A DNA stretch of 64,000 nucleotides from an uncultured Flavobacteriales bacterium (lineage in GTDB: Bacteria; Bacteroidota; Bacteroidia; Flavobacteriales_D; Crocinitomicaceae), in NCBI GenBank assembly GCA_966250255.1, contig CBINGV010000001.1:2323-66322 (forward strand), written 5' to 3'. Below are positions 29,601 to 38,952 of this stretch, one piece after another. Under the pieces are notes generated by a model. It made no database searches. It was not told the DNA's origin and saw nothing but the letters and a program-made list of their open reading frames with translations. Within the stretch, counting starts at the first letter, position 1, and every line of letters starts with the position of its first letter. The position numbers were made by a program, and so were the translations under genes.

Positions 29601-29998
29601 TTTTTCTCCTGGCAAAGCTCCACTAAAATCCCGTCGGTAGACTTCGGGTGCAGGAAAGCGATCAATTTATTGTCGGCGCCGTCTTTGGGTGTTTGATGGA
29701 TCAGCTCGAACCCTTCATTTTTTAAACGGGCGATCTCGGCTTCAATGTCGGTCACATCAAAGGCAATGTGATGGATCCCCTGTCCTTTTTTCTCCAAAAA
29801 TTTAGCGATAGGGGAATCCGCTTTCGTAGCTTCCAGCAATTCGATCTTGGTTTCACCGATCCGGATAAAGGCCGTTTTGACGCCTTCGGATTCGACGGCT
29901 TCGGTTTTATAACATTTCTGGTTCAGCAGTTTTTCATACACTTGGAGGGAAGCCTCAATGTTGTGTACGGCAATGCCGAGGTGTTCGATTTTGTTCAT
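29588..29998 (-). CDS. mce: Methylmalonyl-CoA epimerase (VOC family)
   Basis: 136 aa with MNKIEHLGIAVHNIEASLQVY...IHHIAFDV...HPKSTDGILVELCQ. The terminal EKKRSF and stop lie in the repeat. Confidence 0.88.
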   Translation of the reverse strand: MNKIEHLGIAVHNIEASLQVYEKLLNQKCYKTEAVESEGVKTAFIRIGETKIELLEATKADSPIAKFLEKKGQGIHHIAFDVTDIEAEIARLKNEGFELIHQTPKDGADNKLIAFLHPKSTDGILVELCQEKKRSF

Positions 29999-30088
29999 TT
30001 CCTGGAAACATTAGATAAGGGCACAAAAACAAGGAGAAAGCACAAAAAAGCTTTTGTCTTTCACCGGGGATGTTTGCCTGAAAAGAGA

Positions 30089-30892
30089 TTATCCCTTGAA
30101 GAACTTCTCGGTCTTGTTATCGAAGTTGATGTAGTAAGCGCCCTTGAGCAGGTTCTCACAATTTACGGAAGAGCCAAAACCTTTTTTTACGATATTCCCG
30201 TAAGCATCGAAAATTTCGTATTTGGTTTCAACCGCTTTACCGCCGGCAGTAAAGTTGATCACTGTTTTTACTTTCACCGGGTTTTTCTCTACGGATGGTG
30301 TATTGGCAGTAAATTTCACTTCTTTGGAAGACTTTTTGGTGCCGGAATGGTCTACCTGGGCAACGCGTACGGTGTTTTCACCGGAGTGCGGGATCACCTG
30401 GAATTCATAGGAATTCTCATTGGAACCTCCTTTTCCTTTTCCTTGCACTTCACCGATTTCAACCCACTTGTTCCAGCGGTATTGCTCGATGATGAAAGGG
30501 AGCTTTCCCTGTTCGTTTGTTGTTTTCCAAACCAGTTTGCCGGTTCCGGAAATGGTCATTTCGGTTACTTTGTAAGTACTTCTCGGCAATAAAACCTCCG
30601 GGTTGAGGATTTTCGGCTTGCAGCCGTCATTGTGCTCGATTACGATGAACACCGGCTCACCGATTTCGATGTTGAACAAAGAAAAATCAATTTCAAATGC
30701 GCTGGAGCTAGTTCCGCCCGGCATAACGTCACCGTTTACCGTTACTTTTGTAGCACAAAAACCGAAACCGTCTCCGTCTTCCGGGTTCTGAACATAGAGG
30801 TTTTTGCCTTGATAACTGCCCTCGATGGACAACGAAGACAAAGCTATATTGCTGAAAACCAATAAAAAGAAAAAGGCGAATAAAAACTTCAT
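30089..30892 (-). CDS. Hypothetical secreted protein, possible T9SS-type C-terminal domain
   Basis: 267 aa with a signal peptide. The C-terminal KYEIFDAYGNIVKKG...LLKGAYYINF resembles a T9SS CTD, but weakly. Confidence 0.65.
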   Translation of the reverse strand: MKFLFAFFFLLVFSNIALSSLSIEGSYQGKNLYVQNPEDGDGFGFCATKVTVNGDVMPGGTSSSAFEIDFSLFNIEIGEPVFIVIEHNDGCKPKILNPEVLLPRSTYKVTEMTISGTGKLVWKTTNEQGKLPFIIEQYRWNKWVEIGEVQGKGKGGSNENSYEFQVIPHSGENTVRVAQVDHSGTKKSSKEVKFTANTPSVEKNPVKVKTVINFTAGGKAVETKYEIFDAYGNIVKKGFGSSVNCENLLKGAYYINFDNKTEKFFKG

Positions 30893-31100
30893 TATAGTAT
30901 TGTACGCTAATGTTCGGGTACAAGTTTAACACATTTTTTCGGATCTACAAACTTTTTTAGCGGAATTTTTGAATTCACATAAAAAATTCACGGTTTTATC
31001 GTCAAAAAAAAGACCTTTATTTTATTCTCAAAAAAAGGATTAAATTTTTTGTTTCTTATTTTTTTTGTATCCTTGTATCATAATTCTGATAAAAACTACC

Positions 31101-32834
31101 ATGAAAAAGCTATTTTCTTTGCTCTTCCTTGCACTCGTTTTTGCGTCGTGCCAGGAGGACAAAAAGGTATTTGAGCATGCCGGTGGAACGTTTAAAATGT
31201 GCCTCAATGATTATCCTTCTACCAATATCCCGCGGGAGGTGATGGATGTGCACTCGGCCATCGTCATTTACCAGGTCATGGAAGGTTTGGTGTCCTTCAA
31301 CCCCGAGGACCTGAAAGTGCAGCCGCAAATCGCCGAATCCTGGAAGGTTTCAGCAGATAAGCTCACTTATGAATTCAAAATCAGGGAGCATGTCCTTTTC
31401 CACAAATGCGATATCCTGAGTTCGGAAAGCGAGCGTACCCTGACAGTCGACGACATCATCCACAGCTTCGAGCTGGCCTGCAAAAAAGACCCGAAAGGCG
31501 ACCAGACTCCGGCTTATGCCTCCATTTTCAAAGGAACGATCAAAGGCGTGGAAGACTTCCATTCCGGCAAAAGCAAAAGCATTGCGGGCCTTAAAGGCAA
31601 GGACGGCAAACTGACGATCACCCTGGAGCAGCCGGATGCTAATTTCCTGAACAAGCTTGCTGTACTGAACGCGTTCATCGGCTCCAAAAAAGTTTACGAG
31701 GCCGGGGAGGAAGGCATGATGATCGGTACGGGGCCTTTTGTTTACAAGGGATTGGAGAAGGGCGACAAGCCGAAAATCACCCTCCTGAAAAACGAAGATT
31801 ATTACCTGACGGACAAGGAGGGGAATGCGCTTCCGTACCTCGACGGCATTGAATTTATCGTAGAAAACAAAAAGCTTGAAGAGCTGGAGATGTTTGAAAA
31901 CGGCGAAACGCATTTCATTGCCGCTTTGCCAACCAGTCGCATTTCGGCGATGCTCGAAGGCCGCATCAAGGATTTCAATTCTGTACCGCCGGTGCTGATC
32001 CTGCGCAACAATCCGCTCCTCGCAACGAACTACTATTTCTTCAATATGCAGGACGAGCGTTTTAAGGATGTCCGCGTGCGACAGGCCTTCAATTACGCGA
32101 TTAACCGCAATGAAATTACGCAAAATGTGCTGCGCGGCCAGGCTTATGAAAATGGAATTTATGGCATTGTTCCACCGCTTTCGGCTTCCTTCCGGGCTTA
32201 TGACTTTAGCGGGGTGAAAGCCGTTTCCTACGATTACGACCCGGAAAAAGCAAAACAATTGCTTGCCGAAGCCGGTTACCCCGGTGGCGCCAATTTCGGT
32301 TCCGTCGACCTGGCGATCAACCTGGGGGATTTCAACTCTGCCGTTGCGGAAGAAATCGCCAACCAGCTCTATCAAACCCTGGGAATTAACGTCAACATCG
32401 ACGCGAGCTCTTTCGAGCAAAAAAACAACGATGCTTCCAACGGGAAAGGCGATATTTTCCGCTCCGCCTGGTTTGCCGATTTCGTCAGTCCGGAAACTTT
32501 CCTGCTGAATTTCTATGGCAAAATTGTTCCGAAATCAGCCAAGGATCCTTCTGTCATTAACCAGTCACGCTACGTGAACCCGAAATTCGATGCGCTTTAC
32601 GAAAAAGCCAAGCAATCACACAACCTGAAGGAAAGCATGATGCTTTTCTCGGAAGCCGAGAAAGAGCTGATGAAAGATCCGCCGCTGATCCCGCTGTGGT
32701 ACAATGGGGATATCCAGCTGCTTTATGCTAAAGTGCGCAATTTTCATGACAACCCCCTGAATTACTTCATTTTCAAAGAAGTATACTTCAAGGATTGGAC
32801 CAAATCCGAATACGAAAACCGCGTCAAAAGCTAA
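31101..32834 (+). CDS. Family-5 (peptide/nickel type) ABC substrate-binding-like lipoprotein
   Basis: Start at MKKLFSLLFLALVFASCQ (lipobox). Length and blocks (AESWKVSADKLTYEFKIREHVLFH, WYNGDIQL) resemble SBP_bac_5. No permease or ATPase gene is adjacent. Confidence 0.82.
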   Translation: MKKLFSLLFLALVFASCQEDKKVFEHAGGTFKMCLNDYPSTNIPREVMDVHSAIVIYQVMEGLVSFNPEDLKVQPQIAESWKVSADKLTYEFKIREHVLFHKCDILSSESERTLTVDDIIHSFELACKKDPKGDQTPAYASIFKGTIKGVEDFHSGKSKSIAGLKGKDGKLTITLEQPDANFLNKLAVLNAFIGSKKVYEAGEEGMMIGTGPFVYKGLEKGDKPKITLLKNEDYYLTDKEGNALPYLDGIEFIVENKKLEELEMFENGETHFIAALPTSRISAMLEGRIKDFNSVPPVLILRNNPLLATNYYFFNMQDERFKDVRVRQAFNYAINRNEITQNVLRGQAYENGIYGIVPPLSASFRAYDFSGVKAVSYDYDPEKAKQLLAEAGYPGGANFGSVDLAINLGDFNSAVAEEIANQLYQTLGINVNIDASSFEQKNNDASNGKGDIFRSAWFADFVSPETFLLNFYGKIVPKSAKDPSVINQSRYVNPKFDALYEKAKQSHNLKESMMLFSEAEKELMKDPPLIPLWYNGDIQLLYAKVRNFHDNPLNYFIFKEVYFKDWTKSEYENRVKS

Positions 32835-32874
32835 TTCCACGAACCGGTCGGGCTAAAAGACTGAAAACGAAAAC

Positions 32875-35331
32875 ATGAATAAACTATTAAAAAAGTCACT
32901 TGCACTGCTCCTGGTGGTGTTTGCTGCTCATTTTGCTTACGGGCAATATACCCAAACCGTTCGCGGAAAGATTTTCGACAACGAAACAAAAAGCCCGCTG
33001 GTAGGGGTAAAAGTGCAGATTTTCACCGCCGATTCCGTTAAAAACCTGCGTGCCCTGTCCGATGCCGACGGACTCTTCGAGATTCCGAATGTGCCGATCG
33101 GGAAGCACGAGCTGCAAACCCGTTTCGTGACCTACGACAACAAAAGTGTCACGATCATCGTGCAAACGGGGAAAGAAACCATCCTCGAAATCCCGATGCA
33201 GGAATCCTTCGTACAGAAAGACGAAGTGGTAGTGACCGCCCGCAAAAAAGGCGAAACCATCAATGAGCTGGCGACCGTTTCGGCCCAGCAATTCAGCGTA
33301 GAAGAAACAAACCGCTACGCAGGCTCGCGTTCCGATCCGGCGCGGATGGCTTCGAATTTTGCCGGTGTGCAGGGTGCCGACGATTCGCGCAATGACATCA
33401 TTGTGCGCGGAAACTCGCCGCTTGGAATTGTTTATAAGGTGGAAGGGATCGACATTCCGAACCCGTCGCATTTCGCAATTTCAGGAAGTACCGGCGGACC
33501 AGTGAGCATCCTGAACAATAAAATCCTGGGCAACTCCGATTTTTTCCTGAGTGCCTTCCCGGCCGAATACGGAAACAGCATTTCGGGGATTTTTGATTTA
33601 AAATTGCGGAACGGGAACAACAAGCACCACGAATTTACCGGGCAGTTCGGTTTCCTGGGTACGGAATTGCTTGCCGAAGGCCCTTTGTCCAAAAGCGGTC
33701 GTTCTTCCTACCTCGTGATGGGGCGTTACTCGACCCTGAGCATGTTCAAATCCCTCGGGATCCAGATCGGGACGGATGCTGTGCCGGAATATGGCGACGA
33801 GGCCTTTAAGTTTAACTGGGTGCTCAAAAAAGGCGGTACTTTGTCGGCTTTCGGGATGGGTGGAAAAAGCAACATTGAAATCAAGATTTCGGAACAGAGC
33901 GAATATTCGACCGAATTATACGGCGAAGGCGACCGCGATCAGTATTTCGGGACTTCCATGGGCGTTTCGGGGCTGATCTACAAAAAGCCGGTAAACGAGC
34001 GCACCTTTTTCACCTCAACGCTGGCTTACAGCTTCGAAGAACAGCATTCGCACCACGATTACCTGGTCCGTCACATCGATACGGTGGTAACGGACGGCGA
34101 AACGCGTTACCCGATCGTGGTGGACTCGATTTACCCGCTGATGGGCTACCAGTACAAAACCGGCCGCATCCTCAACTACACGGCACTCAATCACAAGATC
34201 AACAAGCAGCATCTCCTGAAGTTTGGCTTCAATGCCGAATACCAGATGATGAACATGCTCGACTCGGCCCTGACGATCGATCATTCGGCTTTCCTGCGCC
34301 GCTGGGATTATAAAGGCGGTGCAGTATTGATCCAGCCCTTCATCCAATGGAAGTGGCGCGTAACGGAAAATATGGATTTCACAGCCGGGGTCCACAGCCA
34401 GTTTTACTCGCTCAGCGAAAGTATCAGCCCGGCCGAACCGCGGATCGGGTGGAAATACCGGATGAAAAACGGTAATTCGATTTTTGCCGGGGCGGGTCTC
34501 CACAGCCAGATGCAGCCGTTGTATACGTACGTTTACCGCCTTTACGATTCCGTTTCGAACCAGTTTGTGCTTCACAACAAAAAGATGGACTTTACGAAAA
34601 GCATCCACAACGTAATCGGTTACGAAAAGATTTTCTCTAAAAATTTCCAGGTCAAAACGGAAGCGTATTACCAGCACTTGTTTAACGTGCCGGTGACGAT
34701 TCATCCTTCGGCTTTCTCGCTGATCAACCAGGGAAGCGGCTTTGCACGTTTCTTTCCGGATTCCCTGCAAAATACCGGGACCGGCTACAATTACGGGATT
34801 GAGCTGACGATGCAGAAATATTTTGACAAGTCGTTTTTCTTTCTTTTTTCGGGTTCCTTGTATGATTCGAAATACAAGGGCAGCGATGGTATCCTGCGCA
34901 ATACGTCGTATAACGGGACATACACCTTCAACCTCCTGGCGGGCAAGGAATTCAAAATTAACAGCAAACAAACAATTTCCATTGGGATCAAAACGACTTA
35001 CGCCGGCGGAAAACGCTACGGTTACGTCGATACGGCGGCGTCCAACCTGCTGAAAGAGCTTGTATTCATCGATTCGGCCCTCAACGACCGCCAGTTCCGC
35101 GATTATTTCCGCTTCGACCTGAAGGTTAACTGGACGTATAACGCCAAAAACATGACCCACGAAATCGGCCTGGACCTGGTGAACCTGTTCAACACGAAAA
35201 ACCTGCTCGGGCTGGCTTACGCGCCGAACCTGGCAGATCCAAGCGCCGAGCCGATTGCTGAAAAGCAGCAGCTGGGCTTTTTGCCGTTGTTCTATTATAA
35301 GGTGGATTTTAAGTTTAAGAAGAAAGAGTAA
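32875..35331 (+). CDS. TonB-dependent receptor with CarboxypepD_reg N-terminal domain
   Basis: 818 aa with a signal peptide, VRGKIFDNETKSPLVGVKVQIF, a plug domain (DIIVRGNSPLGIVYKVEGI) and a C-terminal beta-barrel ending in an aromatic-rich strand. Confidence 0.9.
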   Translation: MNKLLKKSLALLLVVFAAHFAYGQYTQTVRGKIFDNETKSPLVGVKVQIFTADSVKNLRALSDADGLFEIPNVPIGKHELQTRFVTYDNKSVTIIVQTGKETILEIPMQESFVQKDEVVVTARKKGETINELATVSAQQFSVEETNRYAGSRSDPARMASNFAGVQGADDSRNDIIVRGNSPLGIVYKVEGIDIPNPSHFAISGSTGGPVSILNNKILGNSDFFLSAFPAEYGNSISGIFDLKLRNGNNKHHEFTGQFGFLGTELLAEGPLSKSGRSSYLVMGRYSTLSMFKSLGIQIGTDAVPEYGDEAFKFNWVLKKGGTLSAFGMGGKSNIEIKISEQSEYSTELYGEGDRDQYFGTSMGVSGLIYKKPVNERTFFTSTLAYSFEEQHSHHDYLVRHIDTVVTDGETRYPIVVDSIYPLMGYQYKTGRILNYTALNHKINKQHLLKFGFNAEYQMMNMLDSALTIDHSAFLRRWDYKGGAVLIQPFIQWKWRVTENMDFTAGVHSQFYSLSESISPAEPRIGWKYRMKNGNSIFAGAGLHSQMQPLYTYVYRLYDSVSNQFVLHNKKMDFTKSIHNVIGYEKIFSKNFQVKTEAYYQHLFNVPVTIHPSAFSLINQGSGFARFFPDSLQNTGTGYNYGIELTMQKYFDKSFFFLFSGSLYDSKYKGSDGILRNTSYNGTYTFNLLAGKEFKINSKQTISIGIKTTYAGGKRYGYVDTAASNLLKELVFIDSALNDRQFRDYFRFDLKVNWTYNAKNMTHEIGLDLVNLFNTKNLLGLAYAPNLADPSAEPIAEKQQLGFLPLFYYKVDFKFKKKE

Positions 35332-35343
35332 GTTTCTCACTCA

Positions 35344-35435
35344 TCCTCCCCCTTAATCCCTCCCGAAGTGTCGGGATAAACTCTCCAAAGGGGGAAACCA
35401 GCTTCCTCCCTTGAGGGAGGATTAAGGAGGGTGAC
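35344..35435. repeat. GGGAGG-hairpin intergenic element, copy 1 (31-nt core at 35405-35435)
   Basis: The core is CCTCCCTTGAGGGAGGATTAAGGAGGGTGAC. An inverted partial arm CCTCCCCCTTAATCC lies at 35345-35359, and there is a second hairpin, TCCCGA-AGTG-TCGGGA. Confidence 0.8.
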
Positions 35436-35460
35436 TTTTACGAAAATCGCTGTATCAAAC

Positions 35461-35490
35461 AAAAAATCCCTCTGCCGGAAGACAGAAGGA
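35461..35490 (-). terminator. Rho-independent terminator of ppa
   Basis: The minus strand reads TCCTTCTG-TCTTCCGG-CAGAGGGA followed by TTTTTT. Confidence 0.65.
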
Positions 35491-35518
35491 CTTTCACTTT
35501 ATTTATTGAAAAAACTGT

Positions 35519-36220
35519 TTAAGCTTGTTTCTCCGGAGAGAGGGCGCTGAGGATCGCTTCCACGAGCTGCTCGTTCACGTTCCCGTATTTATTGTCGTAA
35601 TCCGCAGATGCGCGCTTGATCACTTCAAAGGCTTCTTCTTTCCCGTAAACATGGGTGATTTCCACGTTTTTCGCACCGCCGTCGAGGTCTTTGTAAGTCA
35701 GGAAGAAATGGCGCACGCGGTCAATTACCATTTTCGGCATTTCAGAAAGATCTTCCATGTTGCCGTAAGCCTGGTCGCCTTTCAGTACAGCGATAATTTT
35801 GTCGTCGGCCTCACCGCCGTCAAGCATACGGAAACCGCCGATTACTTTGGCTTCGCAAAGGATATTTCCGTGGTTGAAAGCGCGCTCGCTCAAAACACAG
35901 ATGTCCAGCGGGTCGCCATCGCCTGTGATGTCTGTTCTGCCGGTTTTTTCGTTGGCAAAGGCCGCTACCTGCGTATCGCAGTAGGTTTTAGGGACAAAAC
36001 CATAGAGGCAAGGCATGTGGTTGGACAATTTTTGCGGACGGTCAACCATGAGGTGGCCGCTGGCCTTATCGATTTCGTATTTGATGGCATCCGAAGGGAT
36101 GATTTCGATGTAGGCATTGACAATTGCCGGGGATTTTTCGCCCGGCTCTACGCCGTGCCACGGGTGCGAAACAAAACGCTTGCTCATGGCATCAACGATC
36201 TTTTTTACTTCTTCTTTCAT
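35519..36220 (-). CDS. ppa: Inorganic diphosphatase (family I, long form)
   Basis: 233 aa with HPWHGVEPG, YIEIIPSDAIKYEIDK and GDGDPLDICVL blocks. Confidence 0.9.
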   Translation of the reverse strand: MKEEVKKIVDAMSKRFVSHPWHGVEPGEKSPAIVNAYIEIIPSDAIKYEIDKASGHLMVDRPQKLSNHMPCLYGFVPKTYCDTQVAAFANEKTGRTDITGDGDPLDICVLSERAFNHGNILCEAKVIGGFRMLDGGEADDKIIAVLKGDQAYGNMEDLSEMPKMVIDRVRHFFLTYKDLDGGAKNVEITHVYGKEEAFEVIKRASADYDNKYGNVNEQLVEAILSALSPEKQA

Positions 36221-36284
36221 AATTTTAATGTGATAATAGTTTAATGAGTTAATTCGGTAATATGCTAATGATTTAATGTCATTT

Positions 36285-38717
36285 TTATCTTAACTGGGCG
36301 CCGAGCTTTGTTTCGAGCTCCGTGCGGATCCGCTGCATAACAGCATCCACCGCCTGGTCTTTGAGTGTTTGCTCGTTGTCCTGGAAATAGAAGGAAACGG
36401 CATAGGATTTTTTGCCTTGTTCGAGGTTTTTCCCCTCGTAAACGTCAAAAAGCCCTACCCGGCGCAGGATTTTTTTATCAGCGCTTTTCGCCAGTTTTTC
36501 GATGTCGGCAAAACGCACGCTTTCATCCAGGAGGAGTGAAAAGTCGCGGCGCATTTCAAAGGTTTTCGGGATTTCTTTAAAAATCACCTTGTTCAGCTTC
36601 AGGTTTTTGCAAATCAAATCCCAGCTCAAATCAGCAATAAAGACATCGTTTTTGATCCCGAACTGCTTGCGAAGCGCTGCAGAAACCCAGCCCATCTGGC
36701 CGATTTCGTCTTTCAAAACCGCGAGCTTTACCCCATCGGCAAGCAGGCTGTTTTCGAGTGCGTTTTCCTGTAAAAAGGAGCTCAGCCCGATTCTGCCCAG
36801 GAGGGAATGAACGATACCTTTCAGGGTGAAAAAGCTCGTTTTATCTTTGGCGTTATTCCATTGTTCGTCGTACTTATTCCCGCTCAGAACAAGGATCAGG
36901 CGTTTTTCTTCTTCGTATTTCCCGTCTTTTTTGCGATATACCTTACCAAACTCGAAAAGTTTCAGGTCCGGGTTCTGGCGGTTTTGATTGTGTTCCACCA
37001 CCTCGAGCGCATTGTAGATCAGTGTCTGGCGCATCACGTCCAGGTCCTGGCTGAGCGGGTTGAGGATTTCAACGTTGTTTTCTTTCAGTAAAACCTGTTG
37101 CTGCACCTTTTCCAAATGCAGGGAAGAGGTCAGGGAGTTGTTCATCATTTCGGAAAAACCGTTCGATACCAGCAATTCGGCCAGCGTGTGCTGGATCTTT
37201 TCCAGGTTCGGCTTCGCGCTCAGTGTCAGGTTGGAATTCAGCTTGTCAGGCAGCGGGACCTGGTTGAACCCGTAAATGCGCAGGATCTCTTCCACCACAT
37301 CAATTTCGCGGGTAACGTCGACGCGGTAAGCCGGAACTTCCAGTTTCCAGGTATCGCCGTTTTCAGCCAGGAGCAGAATATCAAGATCGCCGAGGATTTG
37401 TTTCATATCGGCCTCCGGAATTTCAGTCCCGATCACCTGGTTGCAGTAAACCGGGCGAAAATCTACCGTTTGATTTTCGATTGTTTGCGGGTATGCTTCT
37501 TGTACGTCCATCGCGATTTCGCCGCCAGCGACCTCCAGGATCAGGGCCACTACGCGATCGAGCGCAAAACGCGTCAGCTGCGGGTCAACACCCCGCTCGT
37601 AACGGAAGCTGGCATCGGTACTTAAACCGTGCATTTTAGCCGTTTTGCGGACGGATACCGGGTTAAAATAAGCCGATTCGATGAAGATTTCGGTCGTATC
37701 ATTGGAAATCCCGGATTCCAAACCGCCGAAAACACCGGCAATGGCGAGATTTTCTTTCCCGTTGGTGATCATCAGGTTGGAGCTGTCGAGCGTGCGCTCA
37801 ACGCCGTCGAGGGTCGTGAATTTTTCCCCGTTTCCGGCGCGTTTCACCACAATTTTCCCGTTCAGGGCTTTGCAGTCGAAGGCATGGAGCGGCGTTCCCA
37901 ATTCACGCATGACGTAATTGGTGCAGTCGACCACGTTGTTGATCGGGCTGAGGCCCACCGTACGGAGCCGCTTCTGCATCCAGGCAGGCGAGGCGTCAAT
38001 TTTTACATTTTTGAGGCTGACGCCAAAATATTTGGGGCAAAGCTCCGGCTCTTCGATCGTAATCGAGTGCGGCAAGCTTTGCGATTTCACTTCCAGTGCT
38101 TTGATTTCCGGCAGCTGCAGTTTCAGGCCTGCATTCCGGTGATAATTCAGGTAGGCAATGAGATCGCGGGCAACGCCGATGTGGCCCATGGCATCTGCGC
38201 GGTTAGGCGTAAGCCCGATTTCAACCAGGTAATCGTCGGCGAGATCAAAATAGTCGGCAGCGGGCATACCCACCGGTGTATCCTGTTTTAAAACCAGGAT
38301 TCCGGCGTGTGATTCGCCCAGGCCCAGCTCGTCTTCGGCACAGAGCATGCCGTTGGATTCAACGCCCCGGATTTTGGATGCTTTGATTTTGAAAGCTTCG
38401 TCGGGTTTCGGGTACAGGGTGCAGCCTACCGTTGCAACAACCACTTTTTGACCGGCTGCTACATTCGGTGCACCGCAAACTATCTGCAAAGGCTCGCCTC
38501 CAACAGTCACCGTGGTTACTTTCAGCTTATCGGCATCGGGGTGTTTTTCGCAGGTGAGCACTTCGCCCACGACAACGCCCTGTAAGCCTCCTTTTACAGC
38601 TTCGATTTTTTCCACGCCGTCCACTTCCAAACCGGTTTCGGTCAGAATTTTAGCGATTTCATCGACCGGTAGATCGGTCTTAACGTAATCCTTCAGCCAG
38701 GAATAAGCAATTTTCAT
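36285..38717 (-). CDS. pheT: Phenylalanine--tRNA ligase beta subunit
   Basis: 810 aa with an MKIAYSWLKDYV start and tRNA-binding, B3/4, B5 and FDX-ACB domain order. Confidence 0.96.
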   Translation of the reverse strand: MKIAYSWLKDYVKTDLPVDEIAKILTETGLEVDGVEKIEAVKGGLQGVVVGEVLTCEKHPDADKLKVTTVTVGGEPLQIVCGAPNVAAGQKVVVATVGCTLYPKPDEAFKIKASKIRGVESNGMLCAEDELGLGESHAGILVLKQDTPVGMPAADYFDLADDYLVEIGLTPNRADAMGHIGVARDLIAYLNYHRNAGLKLQLPEIKALEVKSQSLPHSITIEEPELCPKYFGVSLKNVKIDASPAWMQKRLRTVGLSPINNVVDCTNYVMRELGTPLHAFDCKALNGKIVVKRAGNGEKFTTLDGVERTLDSSNLMITNGKENLAIAGVFGGLESGISNDTTEIFIESAYFNPVSVRKTAKMHGLSTDASFRYERGVDPQLTRFALDRVVALILEVAGGEIAMDVQEAYPQTIENQTVDFRPVYCNQVIGTEIPEADMKQILGDLDILLLAENGDTWKLEVPAYRVDVTREIDVVEEILRIYGFNQVPLPDKLNSNLTLSAKPNLEKIQHTLAELLVSNGFSEMMNNSLTSSLHLEKVQQQVLLKENNVEILNPLSQDLDVMRQTLIYNALEVVEHNQNRQNPDLKLFEFGKVYRKKDGKYEEEKRLILVLSGNKYDEQWNNAKDKTSFFTLKGIVHSLLGRIGLSSFLQENALENSLLADGVKLAVLKDEIGQMGWVSAALRKQFGIKNDVFIADLSWDLICKNLKLNKVIFKEIPKTFEMRRDFSLLLDESVRFADIEKLAKSADKKILRRVGLFDVYEGKNLEQGKKSYAVSFYFQDNEQTLKDQAVDAVMQRIRTELETKLGAQLR

Positions 38718-38749
38718 TTTTCAAAAAAAGGCAAAGATAAGAAGAAAAA

Positions 38750-38846
38750 GCATAGCTTTTGAAGACCAAGCGTCAGCGCCGGGAAAAAGCATAGCTTTTG
38801 AAGACCACCGCCGAAGGCAGCCACGGAGTGAACTGTCAGCGCCGGG
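38750..38846 (-). repeat. ~97-nt dispersed repeat, copy B (inverted relative to 29505-29600)
   Basis: Its reverse complement reads CCCGGCGCTGACAGTTCACTCCGTGGCTGCCTTCGGCGGTGGTCTTCAAAAGCTATGC..., nearly identical to copy A. Confidence 0.85.
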
Positions 38847-38952
38847 AAAATGCAGAATAGAAATGGCAGGCAGATGGCAGATTAAGTTTTGTAATTAAAG
38901 CAAAAAAAGCCCCACTGAAAAATGGAGCTTTTGTATTGAAGTCCTTTGTTTT

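Noticed and set aside
29418-29696. Small ORFs lying in repeat or intergenic DNA: 29418-29696, 5551-5757, 56168-56446, 57874-58095 and 54841-55071.
   Set aside because: They run through dispersed repeats or terminators. Their composition does not look coding, and they have no supporting promoter or family signal.
29505-38846. The 9-kb segment bracketed by the inverted ~97-nt repeats, considered as a composite transposon or genomic island.
   Set aside because: Its content is core housekeeping (mce, ppa, pheT) with no transposase, integrase or target-site duplication visible. The repeats are more simply REP/MITE-like elements that happen to be inverted.
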